The position numbers were made by a program, and so were the translations under genes. The notes under the pieces were generated by a model. It saw only the letters and a list, made by a program, of their open reading frames with translations, ran no database searches and was not told where the DNA came from. From contig CALSBM010000001.1 in the NCBI GenBank assembly GCA_943373175.1, positions 51,298 through 115,297 on the forward strand: 64,000 bases of DNA, written 5' to 3'. This stretch comes from Chitinophaga pinensis (GTDB taxonomy: Bacteria > Bacteroidota > Bacteroidia > UBA7662 > JAIXUI01). The number at the start of each line of letters is the position of its first letter. Position 1 is the first letter of the stretch. This document shows positions 59,045 to 64,000 of the stretch, in pieces.

Positions 59045-59491
59045 TATGCCTTTTCCTTGTTACAAATTTGATTGTCTGTCACTTAACTAAAAATCTCTTT
59101 CGCTCATATTCCTTTTCTTTAAGACCTGCAACATAACTTTTTCTACAAGTTCAATCCACCGAAAAAGAAGGTTCTCTATTGAGTTATTGAGCGATGATGT
59201 TGCAAGTAAATTGTCGAAAAAGTCATAAAAAAATCTTGGGACGAACACGTAATTTTTTTCGACATACCGAGGACTAACACCCATAAGCGGGGGTTTTAAT
59301 CAACCGCCGCCAATTTTGCTATGAGATATTAATCTCCCTTTAAGGGGTCGCTCGTCAACATTTTTAGCCCATGTTGATGAACTGTGGATAAAATGTGCCC
59401 TGCTTTTAGTCCGATTTAAGACATTATTCGGTTAAGTAGGCTGTGTTTGGAAGATAACCTTGTAGATTTGGACTCATAAAAACTTCTGGAC

Positions 59492-59788
59492 ATGATTCTG
59501 AATGGCGCAGCCAACACCGCTCAAATCCTTAACAGCACCAGTACTCAACAATTGCTGGACGATTTGCTGAATACTGGCAAAATCAGTCCTGATGTCTATA
59601 TTCAGCTTCAGGTCTGTATTGCTAATGACAAACTCGCTCATCTTGAGCAACACCTCGATTTACTAAACAAGAAGGCGATTCTCACTTGGGAAACTATGGA
59701 AGATAACTTCCGTTCGTTTGAAACAGAAGTTACTCCCGATATCGCCATGGCTCATGCTCGCGGAATCGTTAAACTCAAAATAGTTTAA
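59492..59788 (+). CDS. hypothetical protein
   Basis: 98 aa ORF ending at a strong terminator; no motif recognised. Confidence 0.3.
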   Translation: MILNGAANTAQILNSTSTQQLLDDLLNTGKISPDVYIQLQVCIANDKLAHLEQHLDLLNKKAILTWETMEDNFRSFETEVTPDIAMAHARGIVKLKIV

Positions 59789-59805
59789 TCCAATAGCACC
59801 TTTTA

Positions 59806-59843
59806 AAGAAAGAGCCGCAATGAATTCATTGCGGCTCTTTCTT
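59806..59843. terminator. bidirectional terminator (19-bp perfect palindrome)
   Basis: AAGAAAGAGCCGCAATGAA|TTCATTGCGGCTCTTTCTT flanked by A/T runs, between convergent genes. Confidence 0.8.
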
Positions 59844-59861
59844 TTTTATATCACTTCGGGT

Positions 59862-60542
59862 TTAAAGTGCCTTTCTGATGTGTTCCTTGTAAACCGCTTG
59901 TCTCAAGGAAGCCGCTACTTTATACCGGCTATCGTGTGTGTCATCAAAAAGAGCATCTAACGTCCTAACCACTTCTTCCGCACCGATTTGTTGTGTCCAA
60001 GCAAATGGCCCCTGTGGGTAGTTAGTGCCAAGCCTCATACCTGTATCGATATCATCCATGCTTGCGGTTCCTTCCTGCATAGTTAACCATGCTTCATTAA
60101 TAATCATCATGAGAATTCTCGCGCTCACTAATCCGATGCGATCTTCGGTGAAACTCAAGGGATGTTTAATGTAAGAAGCTAATAGGCTTCTTGCTCTTTC
60201 TGCTCCATAGAAAGGGCTACATAGTTCAAGAACTGAGCGCTCTGCAAATCCTGTTAGTACATTTACACCTACAACCAAATTATCAGGAGCTCTGAGATTC
60301 TGGCGAAAAAAGCAAGATTTAAGCCCTGAATTCAACGTTTGAAGCATAAGAATCTTAGGAGTAGCTTGCATATAGAGCGAAAGGCGATTGGTATCGAGAT
60401 CAAAGGAGGTATCAAGTACCATATCATAACCCGAAATAGAGGTTGGTGGCGAATCGACAGTTTCAATAGTTACATCCGGATGGAATAGGGCTGTAACAGC
60501 GGAAACGGGGGCTCTTGAGCCGATGATTAGTGCAGTTTTCAT
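59862..60542 (-). CDS. 3-hydroxyacyl-CoA dehydrogenase family protein
   Basis: The C-terminal 3HCDH-like region (NEAWLTMQEGTASMDDIDTGMRLGTNYPQGPF) is clear; the N-terminal Rossmann motif is weak; 226 aa. Confidence 0.5.
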   Translation of the reverse strand: MKTALIIGSRAPVSAVTALFHPDVTIETVDSPPTSISGYDMVLDTSFDLDTNRLSLYMQATPKILMLQTLNSGLKSCFFRQNLRAPDNLVVGVNVLTGFAERSVLELCSPFYGAERARSLLASYIKHPLSFTEDRIGLVSARILMMIINEAWLTMQEGTASMDDIDTGMRLGTNYPQGPFAWTQQIGAEEVVRTLDALFDDTHDSRYKVAASLRQAVYKEHIRKAL

Positions 60543-60580
60543 GAAATGACCCTCAAAAATGTCTAATTTTACGCTATCCT

Positions 60581-60967
60581 ATGAAAGAAATAGTTTTCGA
60601 TGCTTCAGCACCTGAGCCCATTGGTCCTTATAGCCAAGCCGTTCGTTTTGGAAACCTGCTCTTCACCTCCGGTCAAGTTGCATTAGTAGCAAGTACTGGA
60701 GAAATGAAGCAAGAAAGCATAGAAGCAGAAGCCCATCAGGTAATGCAAAACTTATCTGTTGTGCTTAAAGCGGCAGGTGCTGATTTTAGCCACGTTCTAA
60801 AGACCTCCATCTTTCTAACCGATATGGCCTATTTTCAGGAGGTAAATAAGGTTTATGGAAGCTTCTTTGCCCACCAGGCTTATCCAGCCAGAGAAACTGT
60901 GCAAGTTTCTGCCTTACCGCGCCAAGCCAGGGTAGAGATTTCAATGATAGCCTGTTTCCCCGCCTAA
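60581..60967 (+). CDS. ridA: RidA/YjgF-family reactive intermediate deaminase
   Basis: APEPIGPYSQAV...SGQ N-terminus and a conserved C-terminal AR.TV motif region, 128 aa. Confidence 0.85.
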   Translation: MKEIVFDASAPEPIGPYSQAVRFGNLLFTSGQVALVASTGEMKQESIEAEAHQVMQNLSVVLKAAGADFSHVLKTSIFLTDMAYFQEVNKVYGSFFAHQAYPARETVQVSALPRQARVEISMIACFPA

Positions 60968-60978
60968 CAACTAATCCT

Positions 60979-61614
60979 GTGTCTGGGGATATTGGTGAGT
61001 TTTTAAAGGAGCTGGTCAATCCGGAAAGCATCATTCGCTATGGAGGCATTGGGCTTCTGCTGTTTGTGGTCTTCGCTGAAACCGGACTCCTTGTTGGATT
61101 CTTTCTTCCAGGCGATTCCTTATTGTTTACTGCTGGGTTACTCACTGCTACCGGGATTATTCCATGGCCGGTCTTTGCTGTGGTATTGGGAGTTATTATA
61201 GCTGCGGTTGCAGGAGATTTCGTAGGATATCATTTCGGAAAATCAGTTGGGCCTGCTTTATATCACAGAAAAAAGAGCTTCTTTTTCAGACCCAATCATC
61301 TCACCGCCGCTCGGGATTTTTACCAGAAACATGGCTCTAAAGCGATTGTACTGGGTCGTTTTCTTCCTGTTGTCCGAACCTTTGCCCCTATAGTTGCTGG
61401 CATAGTTGGACTCGAGTATCGCCGATTTGTGATATACAACGTAATTGGCGCAATCATCTGGGCACTTACTATGGTTCTAAGCGGGTATTTTCTGGGTATT
61501 TATGTTCCAAAAACTGCGGAGTTTCTGGAGTACATCATTATTGGATTAGTGGTAGTTACTACTATTCCAATAGCAAGAGCCTGGTACCAAGCTCGAAGAA
61601 AGAAGATAGCTTAA
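60979..61614 (+). CDS. DedA-family membrane protein (second paralog)
   Basis: FLPGDSLLFTAG and AGDFVGYHFGKSVG motifs, 211 aa. Confidence 0.75.
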   Translation: MSGDIGEFLKELVNPESIIRYGGIGLLLFVVFAETGLLVGFFLPGDSLLFTAGLLTATGIIPWPVFAVVLGVIIAAVAGDFVGYHFGKSVGPALYHRKKSFFFRPNHLTAARDFYQKHGSKAIVLGRFLPVVRTFAPIVAGIVGLEYRRFVIYNVIGAIIWALTMVLSGYFLGIYVPKTAEFLEYIIIGLVVVTTIPIARAWYQARRKKIA

Positions 61615-62219
61615 AAGCCTGTCATTAGAGATAAAGTTGTAACTCCTCGCAACAGATTATCAGTGTTGAGGTTTCGGGTAGTAGAAAGACGAAGGGTTAT
61701 CAGGTTGCGATCCCTAAATTTAACACGCCCTGCAATTCCGAAGGAAGGCCCGATAGTAGTGTATTGATTAACAAAGAAGAACTCCCCTCCTGCAAATAAA
61801 CTCAAACCGACAGGAAAAGAACTTTCGTTAGTTGCTCCAGCACCTAAGCGTAAATCAGCCCAAACAGGGAGAGAAAAGTTGAATACAAACTGAGAACGAC
61901 TTGTATTGATGTCAGAAATTAACGTGAAACCTAAAGCCGGTTGGCTGCTAATAGCAAAGCTTCCGTTTTCACTCCAGGCAGATAGCAGATACTGAGGACA
62001 GATTCCGGCACCATAGAAGAACGAGACACCTCCCGGAAAGTCAGGGAAGTGGAACGTACCCCCACCTTCCAGCATAAAACGTTGATAAGGAAATTTTGAA
62101 GCAGACGCCGGACGCTCTTGGGTTGGCTTTCGAGAATTTCCATATCCCTCAGGTGTCTGATATTGAGCAATAGCAGTAAACGAAGTAAAAATCAAGACTA
62201 ACCCTAAAAAATTACGCAT
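61611..62219 (-). CDS. hypothetical outer-membrane beta-barrel-like protein
   Basis: Signal peptide, 202 aa, alternating hydrophobic/G-rich pattern, C-terminal ...SLMTGF. Confidence 0.35.
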   Translation of the reverse strand: MRNFLGLVLIFTSFTAIAQYQTPEGYGNSRKPTQERPASASKFPYQRFMLEGGGTFHFPDFPGGVSFFYGAGICPQYLLSAWSENGSFAISSQPALGFTLISDINTSRSQFVFNFSLPVWADLRLGAGATNESSFPVGLSLFAGGEFFFVNQYTTIGPSFGIAGRVKFRDRNLITLRLSTTRNLNTDNLLRGVTTLSLMTGF

Positions 62220-62377
62220 TTTCTAAAGTAAAAAATTATGCTTGGCTTCATTTAAGCTAAGGTATAAACCACTGACATTAGAAACGAAGAATTTACCTAC
62301 AGAAAAGATTAAAATCACAAGAGTTAATATTGTGATTGAGAAAATAGAATTAACTTAGGTTGCCAAATTGTCTAAAA

Positions 62378-64000
62378 ATGTACAAAAACTACTTGCTGAA
62401 GGGCACACACGGGCGAACGACCCGATTTGTGTGGAGAAGTGACGGTAGCAATTCCTGGTTCAGGAATAGTTACTCACTTCTGATGTTGGGACTGGTATTG
62501 CTGTTCGCATTACCGGTAAACGCTCAGACTTACTTGTCTGAAAACTTTGAATCGGCCTTTACGGGCTCGCCTGCCGCTCCTTCGGGGTGGTCTCAGGAAA
62601 CGGTTCATACGGTAGCACAGCCTTTAAACCTGAGGTTCTGGTCTAGAAACGTTTGGTCAGGTTCTGCCTGGTCTTCCGCTACTGGAGCTACTCAGGCGGT
62701 TGCACCTTTATCGGGTGTTGGAGTATTGTGGTTAGATGCCGCCAACATGGGGGCTTCTACAACCATGTATATGGCTCAAAGGGTAATTACCCCAACCGTT
62801 GATCTATCGGGTTCTGTGTCTCCTTCGGTAAGATTTAATCTTTTCTGGGCTGCCGCAGGAACTGCGCCTAACCTAAAACTGATTGCTTCTAATGACGGAG
62901 GTACTACATGGAACATGATTGCACCGATTACTCCAGGATTTTTTAATGGAGTATCTGGTTGGCAACAAATCAATATTCCAATTCCGGCAGCATACAAAGT
63001 GTCTGGTGCCCGATTTGCGTTAGAACATGCGAACAACAATTCAGGAAGCAATCCCTTTATTGACAATTTTGCTATTCAGGAGTGGAACTCCGGTGGTGCA
63101 AATTCTTTTGATGCTTCATTGGGAACCATCAACTGGTCTACAACTGCTGCATGGAACAATGGGGTAGTCCCTAATGGAGACAACGATGTTGTTATTCCTG
63201 CTGGTGTAACAGTCACTATTGACAATGTTACCAACTTTGTACCTCGCTGTCGCAATTTAACCATTAACGGTACATTGAACTTTGGAACAGGTACTGCTAA
63301 CCTGCTTTATGCTTACGGAAATGTTACCGTTAATAATGGTGGAGTTCTAAACCTTCATAACGGAAATTCCAGCGGCCGTATGCTCATGCTAGGAGGTAAC
63401 TTGACAGTTAATAGTGGGGCTATCATCAACTTTAGTTCTTCAACAACTTTTTTTACCCCTGGAACTACGTTATCAACAGCAGGTGGTTTGTATTTGTTCG
63501 GCGGAGCGGCTCAAACTGTCTCAATTAATGGTTCGGTAAATAGCGGTGCAACCACGTCAACCAACCGGATGCCCAACTTGGTGGTTAACAATTCAGGCGG
63601 TGTAAGTTTCAGTGGAACTGCCATGAGCTTATCCCACACGGTTAACCTTTACGATGGCGCACTTAACCCTACAAACCTGACTTTTGGAGTTAATAGCGTT
63701 TCTACTTCTTTCGCTTTCAATGTGGTAAACGGAAGTTTTAGTGCAACTCCCACTATTGATGCGCTCACTGGAAATAGAAACTGGGTATTTAATGATAATC
63801 TTACTACAATCTGGAGGCCTACACGTGTTCATAACATAGCAACGGCCAATTTCTTCCAGTCTGGTAGTGTATTAGGAAACTTAACTATGAACACGTTTGC
63901 TCAATTAAGTGCGAACGCGGATATCACTTTGGGTAACGGAAGTTTATCAGTCTCTTTGACCACAACTCGTGGTATTATCAATATGAATGGCAATACTTTC
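62378..64000 (+). CDS. large secreted N/G/T-rich beta-helix-like adhesin (3' partial, runs off the window)
   Basis: In-frame ATG at 62378 (alternative at 62483), signal peptide LLMLGLVLLFALPVNAQT, then over 500 aa of NG/NxT-rich repeats with no stop before 64000; not listed in the ORF track. Confidence 0.5.
   Translation, partial: MYKNYLLKGTHGRTTRFVWRSDGSNSWFRNSYSLLMLGLVLLFALPVNAQTYLSENFESAFTGSPAAPSGWSQETVHTVAQPLNLRFWSRNVWSGSAWSSATGATQAVAPLSGVGVLWLDAANMGASTTMYMAQRVITPTVDLSGSVSPSVRFNLFWAAAGTAPNLKLIASNDGGTTWNMIAPITPGFFNGVSGWQQINIPIPAAYKVSGARFALEHANNNSGSNPFIDNFAIQEWNSGGANSFDASLGTINWSTTAAWNNGVVPNGDNDVVIPAGVTVTIDNVTNFVPRCRNLTINGTLNFGTGTANLLYAYGNVTVNNGGVLNLHNGNSSGRMLMLGGNLTVNSGAIINFSSSTTFFTPGTTLSTAGGLYLFGGAAQTVSINGSVNSGATTSTNRMPNLVVNNSGGVSFSGTAMSLSHTVNLYDGALNPTNLTFGVNSVSTSFAFNVVNGSFSATPTIDALTGNRNWVFNDNLTTIWRPTRVHNIATANFFQSGSVLGNLTMNTFAQLSANADITLGNGSLSVSLTTTRGIINMNGNTF

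Noticed and set aside
1-64000. CRISPR arrays, transposases, restriction-modification or other defence modules
   Set aside because: No repeat-spacer periodicity and no ORF with recognisable nuclease, integrase or transposase motifs was seen; the window looks like core chromosome plus a glycan locus.

Overview
This window looks like a Bacteroidetes chromosome segment, about 42% GC, with genes almost all on the minus strand. The phylum call rests on two type IX secretion C-terminal domains, the zapA-rny and rpmH-rnpA-yidD gene order, and several lipoproteins. Bases 1..14470 hold a complete, tightly packed surface-polysaccharide operon on the minus strand. It combines a WbpO/WbpP-like UDP-GalNAcA module, a canonical CMP-sialic-acid module (NeuC-NeuB-NeuA), a deacetylase plus N-formyltransferase pair, a GDP-mannose-3,5-epimerase-like enzyme and a Wzy-type membrane protein. 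It also carries an unusual module: a divergent GAPDH-family dehydrogenase, a D-2-hydroxyacid dehydrogenase, a HAD phosphatase and a second NeuA/KdsB-family cytidylyltransferase. This is the best candidate in the window for a previously undescribed pathway to an activated modified sugar. The rest of the window is largely housekeeping (pheT, rny, zapA, ybeY, xth, nadA, rpmH-rnpA-yidD, rlmD, aroE, tRNA-Asn, psd, msbA-like), with secreted T9SS cargo (a GH13 amylase and a 987-aa beta-propeller protein), thiol-redox genes (a bacilliredoxin-family CGC protein and a thioredoxin-motif lipoprotein), a ComA phosphosulfolactate-synthase homolog, a PcrB/GGGPS-like prenyltransferase, a PAS histidine kinase with an AraC-type response regulator, and two DedA paralogs. 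Non-coding observations are a cluster of 7 DnaA-box-like 9-mers at 38414..38727 next to the rpmH operon (candidate oriC or DnaA-controlled region), a GC-rich region containing a 5-bp repeat-loop-repeat unit between a pfkB kinase gene and tRNA-Asn, a 14-bp perfect palindrome that occurs twice and brackets ybeY, a CAG/CAA polyQ microsatellite, a G10 homopolymer that encodes a conserved GGG motif, and several clear Rho-independent terminators. I found no transposase, integrase, CRISPR array or recognisable defence genes.
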